Below the pieces are notes generated by a model. That model had not been told where the DNA came from. It was given only the letters and a program-made list of their open reading frames with translations, and did no database searches. A stretch of DNA of 64,000 nt from Cenococcum geophilum (lineage: Eukaryota), in contig CP158636.1 in assembly GCA_050273025.1 (NCBI GenBank), positions 7,626,001 through 7,690,000 on the forward strand, written 5' to 3'. Below are positions 51,149-64,000 of the stretch, in pieces. Every line of letters begins with the position of its first letter. Positions within the stretch are counted from its first letter, which is position 1. Both the position numbers and the translations under genes were made by a program.

Positions 51149-54100
51149 TTAGTCAGACCTGCGCCGTCTCCTTTGAATCTCCCCAAGTCGTTCTTCAACT
51201 CCTTCTCTAGTGACCAATTTAGCGGCCTTCTCCTTCTCAAATTGCATCTTCCACTCCGCATCGTCGTAGGACAGATCCTTGGCTTGAAATGTAGCAATTG
51301 CATTTTCCCCTTCTCGAACGAATTTGACTTCACTATGCAGCCGAGTTGGTAGGAGCTTGTGCTTCATGAACGTAGGAATGATGACGGTGTACGCTTCGGC
51401 TAAATCGTGAGCTAGTCCGGCCGTTACACATTCATTGGCGATGGATTCGAAGACAGAGTTGCTCCAGCGATCAACTGGTCCATCAATCAATTGTGGCTCG
51501 TTAACGGGTCGAGTGCGTCCCCCCAGTTTTTCGATTCGAGCGACAATGGCGTCCATGAAGTACCCAAAGAGATCGAGCGCACAGTGCCCGGCAATGGTGG
51601 TATCTGGCCTCGTCCGGATTGCGAGATCATTTCTCTTATGATCAGCTCCTTCCATGAAGCGGGAGATCTGCGGACTGCTTGTGGACACAAACCGGTAAGT
51701 GGGTATTCTGACAATAGGAGATTGCGCTGTTAGAAAAGTCTACTTACTCAAAAAGACCTGAAAGGCTGGAATTCCACACGACCCACGAATTGTCCGGCTC
51801 TGGTGGAAAGCCATCATCCCAGTCACTTTCTTCTTCCATTTTCTGGCGACCTAGAAGCGGAACAGCCTCGATTCGACCCGGAAGCCAACGGATTAGTGTA
51901 TTCTCAGACGTTCTATTGTCACGGTCGTCGGGAACACGCTGGCCCGGGCTGAGAATGCGAAAGTAGACATTGCGACGACTGACGAGGTCTCGAGACGGGT
52001 CGTAACGGGGCCCCGACATAAGGTCGAAGGCATTTATCCTTCGTAGCGCAGTCGCAGCTTTAATTGCTGCGGCCTTGCGCAGCTCCAATGCGAACAGCCA
52101 CATTGATAAGACTGCGCTCAGAATGTCCCTATTCGCAGTCCATATGGAATTGCTTTGTTCGTTCTCCTCAACAGTGGCCTCAGGATCCGGGCGTTTACGG
52201 GTCAACTGGAGCTCGAGCTTTCGTAATTGTCCAGCACGCTTGGGGTCGTACGATCCAAGCATGATATTCACACTGAATCCCAATGTCTTGTGCCCGTGGA
52301 AACTCTTTCGATCATGTACGAAGGGGTCTTGTCCATCATGCCACAAAACGTGGCCACACCGTGCAAGAAAGGCCATAGTTCGTTCCATGGCTAACGCAAG
52401 ATTGTTGGCACTGTCTACAGCTTCATTAGCGGTAGGTGTAAGGCGCTGAAGATCTCGGTAGATGTCGAGTGGTCGAATATCAGCTTGGATGTCTTCGTTA
52501 CTCATTGCAATGCTTTTGGGGAGACGGCAGAAGGCCCGAGCCAATCGAGATCTCTCAACTTTGAGAGCATTGAGTGCTGACTTTGGTATTCGAGGTGCAT
52601 CAAATGACGGGGGTGTATAGGACAAGGTCTGTTTCAAGTCCCGGACGCTCCAGTAGCCGGTGAGAGGCTCCCAACGTACAATTGAGTCTAGCATTTCATC
52701 TTCAGGCTGAGGATCGGGCGCCTCCTGGCTGCTTTTATTCCACACTATGTATGGAAATGTTGTGATAAAGTTCCATTTTACGAACCTGAGCCCAGGTGTC
52801 GACACCTCCGCAATCTGCGATAGATCGGTTTCTGAGGATCGCCTGAACTGGCCGTCGGATTGCCCCACAGTTGCGTGCTTTTCTGCGGCATTGCCTCTCA
52901 ACTGCGAATCTCGTTTGCCCTTAGATGGCCGCGAGAAGTATATTCCATCATTCGAATCCAATTCATCCTTCGTCCAACCCCTGTCATCGTTCCCGAGGAT
53001 ATACAGTGTAAGCCACGCGAGTTCGTGGCCATCCAGGAGCGCATAGAATTTGGGATCTGCGGCGAGTCCACGGCGGACCCATGATCTTACAACGGTCATA
53101 ATGAGCATGATACCCAGCTGGAATATTGTTGCAGACCAATGCAATGCGCGTAAGCCGACAAATTGTGCCACGAATCCGATCACAGCCGTCAATGTACCAA
53201 ACGCGGCCATCCGGCTAGGTATGCGGTATTAGCATGCGAATAAGTATAACAAAGTTATTCATACCTATAATCAACTCTGTTGAGTCTTGAAGTCCGAATT
53301 CGGATGTCTTCAGGCGAATTGAAGATTGCGTAAGACGGAAAATGTTGATCGCTGACTGTACAGGCTCTCTGCAGCCGCATGATCTGCACCCCTCCGAGTC
53401 TTAAATCCCGGCCAGATAGACCAAACTCATGTTCTGTGGTGCTCCCCTCGATCACACGACCGCAGAAGATCATTCCAACAATGACCGCTGCAGTACCTGT
53501 TGCGAAACAAGGGTAGCCGTACCCGGCTATCGCTGAACCACCCTTGGTCCATTTGAGATAATAAGTGGTGACTGCAGGAAACACCAGGCCGCCGAGTTGG
53601 AGCAACGTACCAACAACAGCGAATGCAATCAGTTCCCTCGGGGAGGCTGTTGAGTTCCGGACGTTAAGTGCGATGTTTGGCGCACCGTTGCTAATGTTGA
53701 TTAACTCTTCATCCTCGATATGTCTGCTAGTCAGAATATTGTTAGAAACCGCTGAAGTGATATCTAGAACTCGCGTTGGCTCGGTCTCCGCATCGCGAGC
53801 ATATGGTCGTCTTCGTCCTCGCCTTGAGTTGACTCCGATCTCAATAGGCTCTCTCAATAAGATCAGATCTTTCATTCCTTCCGGATTGCCGAGTTCGCGG
53901 ACAATCTCCTGACCACTCCACAATTCGCATACATCCGCTGAAGTTGACGACAGTATTTCTTTTTCCGCGTTCGCTCTGCTTTCTCGCGCTCTGTGGAAAT
54001 ATCAATTCATGTAGACACTAATCGTTATTGCCAGAGACACTGACCTTCCCACAAAGGCTTTCAATACCTTGACGCCCCCGACTCGAATGGCACTCACAAT

Positions 54101-54310
54101 CACGGTCATGATGCCGAGCGGGCCCATGGCAAGAAGTACATCGTCCGCCCATCCCATGCTCATGCTCAAGAACTGCTTCGTGACTTGTTCTCCAAAAAGC
54201 GTAAGGAGAGGCGCCAGGTCGGAGAAAAGATTGTTGGAGAACTCATCGCCTCCAAACCCTTGACCGGTCGGCAGCGGATTGGTAGCGTTGGTAGTCACCG
54301 TTGCTGCCAT
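51149..54310 (-). CDS. Intact 4-exon gene (~1005 aa): multi-transmembrane protein of the fungal family usually annotated as 'ankyrin repeat protein', here without visible ankyrin repeats
   Basis: Exons 54310-54045, 53990-53265, 53214-51748 and 51707-51149 join in frame (3018 nt) over GT-AG introns with branch sites. Family motifs: FSNNLFSDLAPLLTLFGEQVTKQF, SAIRVGG, SSTSADVCELW, GLRALHWSA, AYTVIIP. Not RIPed. Confidence 0.85.
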
Positions 54311-55378
54311 TGCTTGTACTGGTCCCAGCTTGAAGGTGAGGATGAAGAGGGATTAAATGTTGATAATTGGTTTAACAAGGCTGAGGAGCTGGCACTCTAT
54401 CTCCCTCGAGTGCAGCTGAAAGTGACGTAGCCCTGCTCTGCATGTTTTCCGCCTCGGAAGCGGTTGATCTGCGTCTGATTGGCCATTGATCGAAGCCACA
54501 ATTGTCGCGCGTAGGACTCGTAGCAAAAGAAATTCCAGCCTGATCAAAAAGAAATCCGCATACATTCCGCACTCCATTTGAAGAAACAAAAAGAATCGTC
54601 AAGGTTAGAGAGTCGTAAATGCAGGACGATGAGGCCTTAAAGAGCCGGGAATCATAAAGGAGCGACCATTGTGTGAACCTGCAGGAAGAACCAGCGATAG
54701 GCATCAATACCTGAGCACCCGTTTAAGAGCAACGGCCTCATGTCGTTATTCTTACTCCGGAAGTACAGTGATCGCCATTCGAAGGAGCGTTTTGTACCAC
54801 CGCGTCTGCAGCAGGAAAGATAGAGGTCGCATCGTCATCGTATCCTGTCTCGCTCTAGGTAAGCGGTAGGCAGTTCCAACGGCAAACTGTCTTAATCACT
54901 ATTGATTTTGGACGAGATGAAGAACACTGTGTGAGTTCTTGATGATTCCGATGTATTGTCCGATGGAAAAAGCGTGTTTGATTAAAGAAGAAGGCACCTA
55001 GGTAATGGCAATAAGTGAGGGCCACTACTAGCCATACACCCCCTAAAGAATACGCGTACACCCCCAAATTGATACGTATACACCCCCTACCACACAAGCT
55101 TAGATCCTTCCACTTTAAGTTAGAATATCACATGTGTTTGACTTGTATGCATCTACGTCGCGAAAATTAAACTTTTAAAATGCAAGTCTTAATTTCAACT
55201 ATAGTACATCTTGTAGAGTTTAAATCAAGGCTGGAATGCGCTGAAGGATCCCTTAGCAAAGTTCTCCTGAAAGGGCAAGGCCCCGCGACCTTTGTAAGCC
55301 TGTTGAATACTGCCGCCAAAACCTTTGCAAGTTATCTGCGGTAGTATCTTAACTTCCACCACCATTCTCACTACCTGT

Positions 55379-58300
55379 TGTTGGCCACGGAGGTAGCTTT
55401 CGACCGTATTACAATTGTCTTTGATGCCTAGTACCCTATGTAAAGACTACCCTAGTGCTTACCCTCGTATTTCGTATGTCTTAGTACGTATCTCTGTTGC
55501 CTGTACCTCCCTCCTTTCCTATTCTGTATCTTCCTCGTGTATATATAGATCCTCGAGAGCCACCTTGAATAAAACAGATCACTCGTACAGTTCTGTGTCT
55601 CTACCTACCAGCCAGCTTATATCATTTGTCTTGATACCTGCCTGGCTGAAAGTTATGAGCCCGGTAACCTTCTGAGCACCAGGGAGATCTCAGTGGCCAG
55701 ACAACTACCACTAAGCCTCTTTAAGCATAGTTCGTCACGGAATATCGCGTGCTTTACGCGTAAGCGCGTCTCTTTACGCAACCTCAAAAGAACCTTAAAA
55801 CAAAAGCCACTATAGCAACCAAGGACTCTATAAACCCTCTTTTGCTGACCCAAAAGGACTGGCCTATATGGTTTTAATTTATCCGCCGAGAAGCAAGTTT
55901 TGCGAAGATCTGGGACTATATTAACCCAGATAAGACGGAGAACGAAATCAAGCAAAACACTGAGCCAGCCATACCTTCGATAGCAGCAGCTCCTGCAGCT
56001 CCTGCAGCAGCACCGGCAGCTCCTACAGCACCAGCAGCGGACCCTGCAGCTCCAGCAGCAACTCCAGCGTCTACTGGAACAGCTACACCTGGGTCATTAA
56101 GTCAACAAGAACAACAACCTCAGCAATCTCTAGAGACACAGAGAATGCTCTTCGAGCTCTACAAGCTATAATGACAGGACTACCTAAAGCGGGAAGAGAA
56201 GCTCTACACGTTCGCAGCACTTTTGCATACCACCGTGGGCACCAACTTCTTAGGGTATCTTAAGAACCTCACCACACCATATTCGATTATAAGACAGTTA
56301 AGGAAGGTAGCAAAGCCATCTTAAGCTACGCTACAGCAGATGGTATTGGACGATCTCAAAAAAAGGAAACAAGGGCCTAAACGTTAGACTCTAGAATTAT
56401 AGCTTTAGCTTTATATCACCATTATACAGAACGGCAAAGAGCTAGAGAAAGGGCTAATAGAGGCAATAAAAAGCAGCGTTGTACGAGCCTTTGTCCAGGA
56501 CTATAAGGAGATCTGTCCAGCTCTATACTATGCCTTCATCCAGAAGGTAGCGAAGAGGTCAAAGAAGCTTAAAATGTCGACGATAATTAAGGAATTTAAC
56601 CTCCTCTACAAACATCTAAATACGGGACGTAACGCCCATGCTATACTATCAGGGCAGCCGTCTACAGATCCTACGACGTCTACTACCCTAGCACCTTCTT
56701 AATCACCTAAAACAAAGTGCTTTGCTTATAGTTTACCCTATAAGTTAAGGAATTGCAAGCAGCTATTTTAGTCTCTCTAAGGTCCGAACTTTATACCAAA
56801 TAACGAGTGTCTACGGAGGTGTTAGAAATGGCTTAAGGTCCTAATAAACAAGCAGTATTATAACAAAAGAGTTAAGCAGATTAAGAAGAAAGGCCCTAGG
56901 TTAAGGACGTCTCTAGCCTTTGCTGAAAAGATTAAGGATCTGGACAGGCCCCGAGCTATAGCAGCTGCTGTAACAACATCTTACTTATTGTTATTATTGC
57001 AGGAACATCCGGATCTGTCTTTAATTAACGCCTAGGGGTACGACACTATGGTAGACACACACTTCTGTAACAATATCAGATACTTCTATAACCTTAAGCC
57101 ATACATATCCACAGCAACGGCTGGAGATTTAGGAGCAGAAATCCATAGGTACGGTGATATTAACTTGGCCATTAAGGTGGGCGAATAACGTCTGACTAGG
57201 TATCTAACATTAAGGAACGTAGTATACGCTCCTTACTTTTATACTAATCTGATATCCGTAGTAAAGCTCTATAGGGTTAGAGTAATTATAAACTAATTTA
57301 CGAACTATTTACGCTATAAAGATAACGGAAGCCTATTTGGCAACCTTATGGAATATAGAGGTCTTTACCTTATTAATGCTATCGCCTGTATACCACCTAC
57401 TTCTACTACCTACGCTACGTCCACTAGATTCTTTAAGACCTCAGCATATAACAAAGTATGGTATTAGCGCTTACTACACTACGATATAGAGTCAGTGGAT
57501 TATCTGCCGACTACGGTAGATGGGGTTAAAGTAGTTAAGACGGATAGAGGAAGAACTCCGTATGGTATACCACTTTATAAACTATATATTCTTAGAAAGA
57601 TAATATAGTAGACATCTTATAGAATATCTATAAAGGGAACCTACCCTTTTAAACGTATATACTTTAATGTTATTATAAAAGAAGACGGGTTTAATAGAGA
57701 CATATATATAGCTTACTTTTAGTATAACTATATAAAGTACCATCGTGCCTTTTCTATTAAGAACCATAAGCAAGAGACGCTGTTTCCACTCTTTAAATCG
57801 ATAATAGCATTTACAAAGAAATTTAATACTTAAGGTATCCGTATTTAGTATATAGATAAGGAGCAAGGTATAGGCGCTAGGGTAAAGAACCTTATTTAGC
57901 TTAACGGAGGTGTTATTAAGTAATTGATACTAGATACTCCTGCTTAAAATGGACCTATAAAGAGGTTAGGGAGAGCCATTTCCAAATAAGTAAGAACTGC
58001 TATTATTAAAGCAAAGTTACCCATAGATCTGTGGCCCGAGTTTATGCTCCTTATAGTGTTCCTACTTAATTAAACTCCCATTAAGTCCATTAACTAGAAG
58101 ACCCTATTTAAGATGCTATATAAACGGAAGCCATAGCTAGTAGGGCTTTGTATAGCCGGATCTTTAACCTACGTGCTTATTAAATACAGTATTTCTAGGA
58201 AGGCAAAGTTTAAGCTATAAGCCTAAATAGGCTATCTCGTTAGTATAGAAGCGTTAAATATCTATAGGATATAGATACTAACTACCAACCGTATTATCTA

Positions 58301-59940
58301 ATCTTATAATGTACAAATTAATAAATTAAAGAGATATTAATCTCCTAAAACACTAGAACACTTTATTATCTTATAGGCTTAAAAGGACCGTTTTTAGCAA
58401 GTCTAGGACCTACTAAATAATCTTTAAGATGGCAGCAAGGACTAGATGGAGAACTTTAATAAAGAACTAGATATAAGACTACCGCATTTAGTAAGTATTG
58501 ATGTTACTCCTATGTTAAAAAGTATTTAGATCTTAATAGAAGAACTCCGTTAGCTACCTACCCTAAAGCTAACTCCAGAACCGTCTATACCATTAGCGTC
58601 TTTAGCGCCTTAGTAATTACTATCTACGGTAGCATCTACGCCACAGATATTATCTACCACTTAGTTATCTTCTAAAGTTACCGAACCACCGTTTATAGAC
58701 CCTACACCTCGTTCCGAACCTTAGATAACAGCAGGCTTATTATCAGGGGGTAAGAGACGTTCTGGCCGTAAAAAGCGGCCTACGGTAAAGAAGAAAGATA
58801 TGCCAAATTAGGATCTATGATAACGAGCCTTTGCGGTTCAAAACAGTGATGGTAATAATATTATTAATCCAGATACAACACTATTGGCTTACGCGTTCTA
58901 TACTGCTGCTACAAAAACATACGGACATTAAGATGACTTTCCACTACCACTAAAGTTATAGAAAGAGATGCTTAATTATAGGTACGCTACGGAGTTTAAA
59001 GCAGCTGCTTACACTAAGATAAAGGCCTTAATGGGAAAACATACCTAGGACGAGGTACAACTAGTTAAGAAGGTTTATTAACTTCCTACTATATAGGTCT
59101 TTACGTATAAGGAAGATTTAGATAGCTTTATTACGAGATTTAAAGCTCGTCTAGTTATCCGTAAAGACCTTTAAGCAGTCTTATAAGAGGAGGTTAAAGC
59201 TATTACGGCAGCCTATCAGACCTTCCGTCTGCTCTGTACTCTTATCGCCGGCTTCAACCTAGACGTTATACAGATTAACGCTATTAACGCCTTCGTTAAT
59301 GCCTTAGTTAACGATAAGGTCTACCTTATTTCCCCTAAGGGTATAAACCTACTACCTAGATTCTCTCTCCGTCTAAGAAAGGCAATATACGGACTACGGA
59401 AATCTCCAAAATTATAGTTTTTGGAAATGTCTGCTGCTCTATAAAGTATGGGTTTAAAAGCGGTACTGGATAAGCTATGTCTCTACATACACCCTACCAA
59501 ACCTATCTTTGTATTTTTCTACGTTAACGACATCCTAATTGTAGGATACCTAAGCTGTCAACAGCAGATGGAGGACATTCTAAAGCAGCTACAAGATCGA
59601 TTCGAGATCCGCAAAATACCTCAATTTACGTTATTCCTAAATACTCGTGTCGTGCAAGATTGACAAAAGGGAAAGCTCTAGCTCTGTCTAGATCAGTATC
59701 TTAAGAAGCTAGTCTCGGTATACCATCTAGAATATCTAAAGCCATTAGCTACACCACTATTGGGCTAGGAATTGACACCGTATAAAGGAGAAGCTACGCC
59801 GAATCAGATAAAAGGATATTAACGCCGTATAGGTTCTGTAACGTATCCTGCATCTACTATATAACTAGACGTCGCTTTTTCTGTCAGTAAGCTGGCTGAG
59901 TTCTTACAAAATCCGTCGCCAGCTTATCTTGCGGAGATTA
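55379..59940 (+). mobile_element. Ty1/Copia LTR retrotransposon (5' LTR to RT), partially RIPed, interrupted by Crypton
   Basis: LTR ~55379-55650 (ends approximate), followed by PBS-like gttatgagcccgg. Domain order gag, protease (YDTMVDTHFCN), pre-integrase (WY*RLLH), integrase, RT (FKARLV, KAIYGLRKSP, FYVNDILI) is the Copia order. Confidence 0.92.
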
Positions 59941-62389
59941 ATAGGTATCGGAGGTCAGGGTTAGGCTTGGCATAACCTTAGGTTACACACAACCCCCTAA
60001 GGTCCGCGACATATCGTCCAAATATTACCCCCCCCTTTTGGTGGTGGCCCCTACTTTTTAGACGCGTTTTTAAGGCCTAGGTTAGTACTAGGTTAGTATA
60101 AAGGACCTTGTCGCGCGCCTTTAACCTTATCGTTACCTTAACAATCTATTTTTTAACCCTTTTTTTATTTTTATGCCTGCGCTAGCTCCTAGCTCGCGTA
60201 GGGCTTCTAGTTTTATATAAAACGGCCTACTGTAATTCTAATTCTATAATATAGAGCTCTCTTCTTCTCCTCCTTTATTAATATTTACGCGTTCGGTGGC
60301 TTTATTTACTTATACCTATACCGCATTTACGCGTTTTCCCCCTAACCTCTTATAGAGATAGAGTTTTTTAAGAATCTTCTTACCCTACGGTCTACTTTGT
60401 AGTTAAAGAAAGCCCCCCTAGCCTCCTTCTTTCCCTCCTCCTATAGCCTCTAGAACGAATTTAAGGCCTAAACAGCACGGCTATACGATATTTATAAGGC
60501 CTAGCGCTTAAAGAATACCATAAGGGCGTATAAGCTAAAGTAGAAAGAGTAGGAAGACTAGTGCGTAAGACTAGAAGGTAATATAGACGGCGCCCGGGTA
60601 ACAGAAGATAAGCTTTACCTATTTTTAGAGTAGTAAGTTATTAACTAAGAATTATAGGCTGCTGGCTATTAAAAACGGAAGTTAAAATGGAAAGAGATGT
60701 AAAAAGATAGTAAGTAGGCGAAGAAGAGGTAGAAGATAGTTAAGCGGGTAAGGTAGCTAGAGAGGAAGTTAGCCGTAGGGGTAGCCGTAGGGGCAGCTAT
60801 AGAGGCAGCTATAGGTATAGGGGAGGAAGCTATAAAGGAGGAAGGGGAGATATAGGATAAGGAGGCCCTAGACGCCTTATTTAATAAAATAGTTTAATAC
60901 TTAGTTATAAATAGCTACGTCTCCGCTATTACTAAGCTTTATATATAGCAGTTAGAAAATAAAACCTTATAGCTGCTACGGGGGGCGAAGCTCTTAGTAG
61001 TACTAGACAGTGTCTACTATAATAAAGACCGGATTTAACGCGTTAACTTTATTAATTAAGGCCTATTTATAATTACTAGCGGCTATAATATTAAAGGGCT
61101 TAAAAAGGCGATTATTTAGTACCAGGAGACGGGCTCTAAGATACTAGGTTTAGTTAAGTCTTACCTTTAAACTGCAGCTAAGCATTTATTAGGTTTATAT
61201 ATACCCTACCTAGTCTATATAGCTGCCGTTTTCTAACCCGTTCCTTAAGCTATACTACTATTACCCGTAGTAAAAGTAGATAAGATGTTTAGCTTACTAA
61301 CCTTATTTTTATTAAACTAGAGAATAAAGGGCCTAAACTAAACGAGTTAGCGCCGTATATAATTATATTAATAACATAAAAGAAGTAGAATTAGTACGGT
61401 AAGATTAAGTATATAGGCTGTATACGGAACGCTAACCCTATCCTCTACCCCCTCTCTATAGTAGCCTTCTACTTCTTTAACCGCTAGGGTAAAGATAACG
61501 CTAAGAGCTTCCCATCCTTTTAGTAGCTAGAGGACTACTATAACCTATACGTCTTCCCTAGTAGTATTAAAGTACTATAACGGCCGCTAAGCTATTATAC
61601 ACAGTTTAAATAAAATAAAAAGATATTCTAGGGGGTAGGAATTTACTTAAAGGAGAAGACCTATAGCGCCTATAAGTAGAGCGTCCGGTATACTAAGCTT
61701 AGCGGCGTTAAGGAGACCTAAATTAGATAGGCTGAATACTAAAATATAGACGCGATAACGGGAGCCTACCTTAGCTACCTACCCTATATGTTTATGTGGT
61801 CAATCACTAGCTTCCTAAAGGAAGAAAAGGGCTACTTTCTCTTTTATATATAGGAGGTGCCGGAGAAGGCCCTTTATTTAAAGATATAGCCTAAGACTAA
61901 CGTCTAGCTAAAACGTATAGAGGCCTACTACTTAGGTAGGGCCGATAATAAGGTTATACGGCTTAACCTTATAGGCTTAGGATTTTTACGCCTCCTTCGC
62001 GTGTTTAGGGTAATCCTATTATAGGACTTAGTAATCCTATATAAGCAGTTCCTACTCTACCCCCTATAAAAGGACCCCCTTTTTAGCTGTAAGAAGTACC
62101 AGAGGTTCGCTATATAGGTAGAAAGCTGGCTAGCTAACGTAGTTACGCTAAATAAGCTAATAATACGGAAATACTAGCCCGCCTATAAGGCCGTAGCTAA
62201 GCTAAAATATAAGGCCGCGATCTCTAAGATAAAGGGGGTTTAATTACGCGTGTAGATAATCTTAGAACGCCTTAGCGAAATAAAAAGGTTATTAGCATTA
62301 TTTGTACCTATATAGATCTAGTAAGGGAAGACGGGTATTTAAATAGGGCTTATAGAGTTTATATATCTACCTTTAGGCGAGCCCACGCC

Positions 62390-62610
62390 GTTTACTATAA
62401 TATTTACTATATCTACGCCGCCTACTCGGCCGTTTATAATATCTATACTACCTACTTAGCCGCTGTTTATAATATCCGCACCATTTACTTAGCCGTCTAT
62501 AATATCCGCACTATCTACTTAGCCGTTTATAATATTCGCACCGTTTACTTAGCCGTCTATAATATCTACACCGCCTACTTAGCTATTTACTATATCCGTA
62601 TCGCCCCTAC
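62390..62610 (+). repeat. 30-bp coding tandem repeat inside the Crypton ORF
   Basis: ccgtctataatatccgcaccgcctacttag-like unit, ~7 copies, giving a P/S/A-rich linker. Confidence 0.8.
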
Positions 62611-62974
62611 TAGCGTAGGTATAAGCTAATACTTAACTATCTCTCCTATTTATCCTTAACCTATAAGCGCCGCTAAGAAAATATAAAATGCTTTAAGGCG
62701 GTAATTTGGTCTTCTAGCTTTAGACTAAGTGGACTTTAGGGCTAGCGGGTAAGCCGTTAATTAAAGCTCTTAATTGCTGCTAGGGGGCATACTAGCGGGT
62801 TAACGGCGAGGCTATATTCTATAGCCATTGCCGTAGGATAATTAAGGATATAAAATGGCGCGTAGAAGACGGTATAGTAAGAGATAAAAGATAGGCTATT
62901 AACTAGCTGGAACAGCTACAAGGTTGGCGTTCTTTAGATTGGCTTTATAAGAATATCTAAATAGTTATTTTACT

Positions 62975-63245
62975 ATAATAACTAAGACGCCTTAATATAT
63001 AACTATATTATGGTAACTAAGACGCCTCTATATATAATTACACTATAGTAACCAAGACGCCTTAATATATAACTACACTGCAGTAACTAAGACTTCTTAA
63101 TATAGGACTATACTAGTAACTAAGACGTCTTAATATAGAACTGTATTACAATAATTAAGACGCCTTAATATATAACTGCACTATAGTAACCAAAACGCCT
63201 TAATATAGGACTGCACTGCATTAACCGAGACGCCTTAATATAGGA
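62975..63245. repeat. ~35-bp tandem repeat in the Crypton 3' non-coding region
   Basis: taactaagacgccttaatatataactacactatag-like unit, ~8 copies. Confidence 0.85.
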
Positions 63246-63473
63246 ATAGAGCCTATTTAGGTGTTATAAATTTAAAGCAATATTATATAACCGCCTAGAA
63301 GTATCAATCTAATACAAATTATATACCTTTTTGCCTAAAATCGGGTGCGAAAGTACTTAGGGGCGGTTATTACGCGACCTTATACGGGGTTTAGGCATAT
63401 TATTAGTAGGGGTGGCCCTAACCTCGTATTAACCCAGGTTGTAACCGCGCCAAATTAGCCCCCTTAATATGTG

Positions 63474-64000
63474 ATAGGTATTAGAGGTTAGGGTTAGGCT
63501 TAGCATAACCTTAGGTTATGTATAACCCCCTAAGGTCCGCGACATATTGTCCAAATATTACCTCCCCCTTTTAGTGGCGGCCCTTACTTTTTAGACGCGT
63601 TTTTAAGGCCTAGGTTAGTACTAGGTTAGTATAAAGGACCTTATCGCGCGCCTTTAACCTTATCGTTACCTTAATAATCTATTTTTTTAACCCTTTTTCT
63701 ATTTTTATGCTTGCGCTAGCTCCTAGCTCGCGTAGGGCTTTTAGTTTTATATAAAACGGCCTACTATAATTCTAATTCTATAATATAGAGCTCTCTTCTT
63801 CTCCTCCTTTATTAATATTTACGCGTTTAGTGGCTTTATTTACTTATACCCACGCCGCGCTTACGTGTCTTCCCCTAACCTCTTATAGAGATAGAGTTTT
63901 TTAAGAATCTTCTTACCCTATAGTCTACTTTATAGTTAAAGAAAGCCCCCCTAGCCTCCTTCTTTCCCTCCTTTTATAGCCTCTAGAACGAATTTAAGGC
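63474..64000 (+). mobile_element. Crypton copy 2, head-to-tail with copy 1, cut by the window edge
   Basis: 63474-64000 matches 59941-~60469, differing mainly by RIP-type transitions. Confidence 0.9.

Larger units (their letters stand above)
59941..63473 (+). mobile_element. Crypton (tyrosine recombinase/NDC10_II-like + GCR1_C) element, copy 1, RIPed
   Basis: De-RIP motifs GKIEYMGCMRNADPILCPLS..AFYFFNRW, KTHSARK (HxxR) and IRRAGRWN.DAMTGAYLSYLP (catalytic W/Y region), plus a GCR1_C-like WGA.WR..GEA.FYSRRRRII near 62780-62850. The unit is 3533 bp. Confidence 0.85.

Noticed and set aside
49271..54430. Many short plus-strand and alternate-frame ORFs
   Set aside because: They are shadow ORFs of the GC-rich minus-strand genes.
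59952..59970. Telomere-like (TTAGGG) sequence at the Crypton start
   Set aside because: Only 1-2 imperfect units, and they are part of the element terminus in both copies.
59941..63473. Starship captain (DUF3435) tyrosine recombinase
   Set aside because: The motifs (AGRWN..M..AYL..LP plus GCR1_C) and the 3.5-kb unit fit Crypton, not a Starship captain.

Overview
Filamentous-ascomycete (Pezizomycotina-type) genomic DNA, mostly AT-rich and heavily mutated by RIP (repeat-induced point mutation: strong TpA excess, Q/W/R codons turned to TAA/TAG). Most calls rest on motifs read by hand through RIP stops, and 'de-RIP' readings are my reconstructions. Left to right: (1) 1-18332 holds two SNF2-like paralogues, a 75-bp array, a Plavaka transposase and a DUF6532-like gene, and ends in subterminal repeats; it may be one giant transposon. 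(2) A HET-domain pseudogene. (3) A full-length Ty3/Gypsy chromovirus with a 1-kb insert flanked by a 16-bp TSD. (4) An HNH-nuclease segment and (7) a FunK1-kinase segment, each enclosed by inverted copies of the same ~40-bp GC-rich terminus. (5) 72/96-bp arrays plus LINE and Tc1 relics. (6) A PP-type amyloid-signalling locus: a HeLo-like effector and an NB-ARC-TPR NLR, with an inverted partial duplication fused to ankyrin. (8) A RIP-free island (~49.5-55.4 kb) with an RBR-RING/NLR chimeric pseudogene and the only clearly intact gene (~1005 aa, multi-TM). (9) A Copia element interrupted by head-to-tail Crypton tyrosine-recombinase elements. The best candidates for an undescribed system are the shared-terminus cargo cassettes and the SNF2-carrying Plavaka element.
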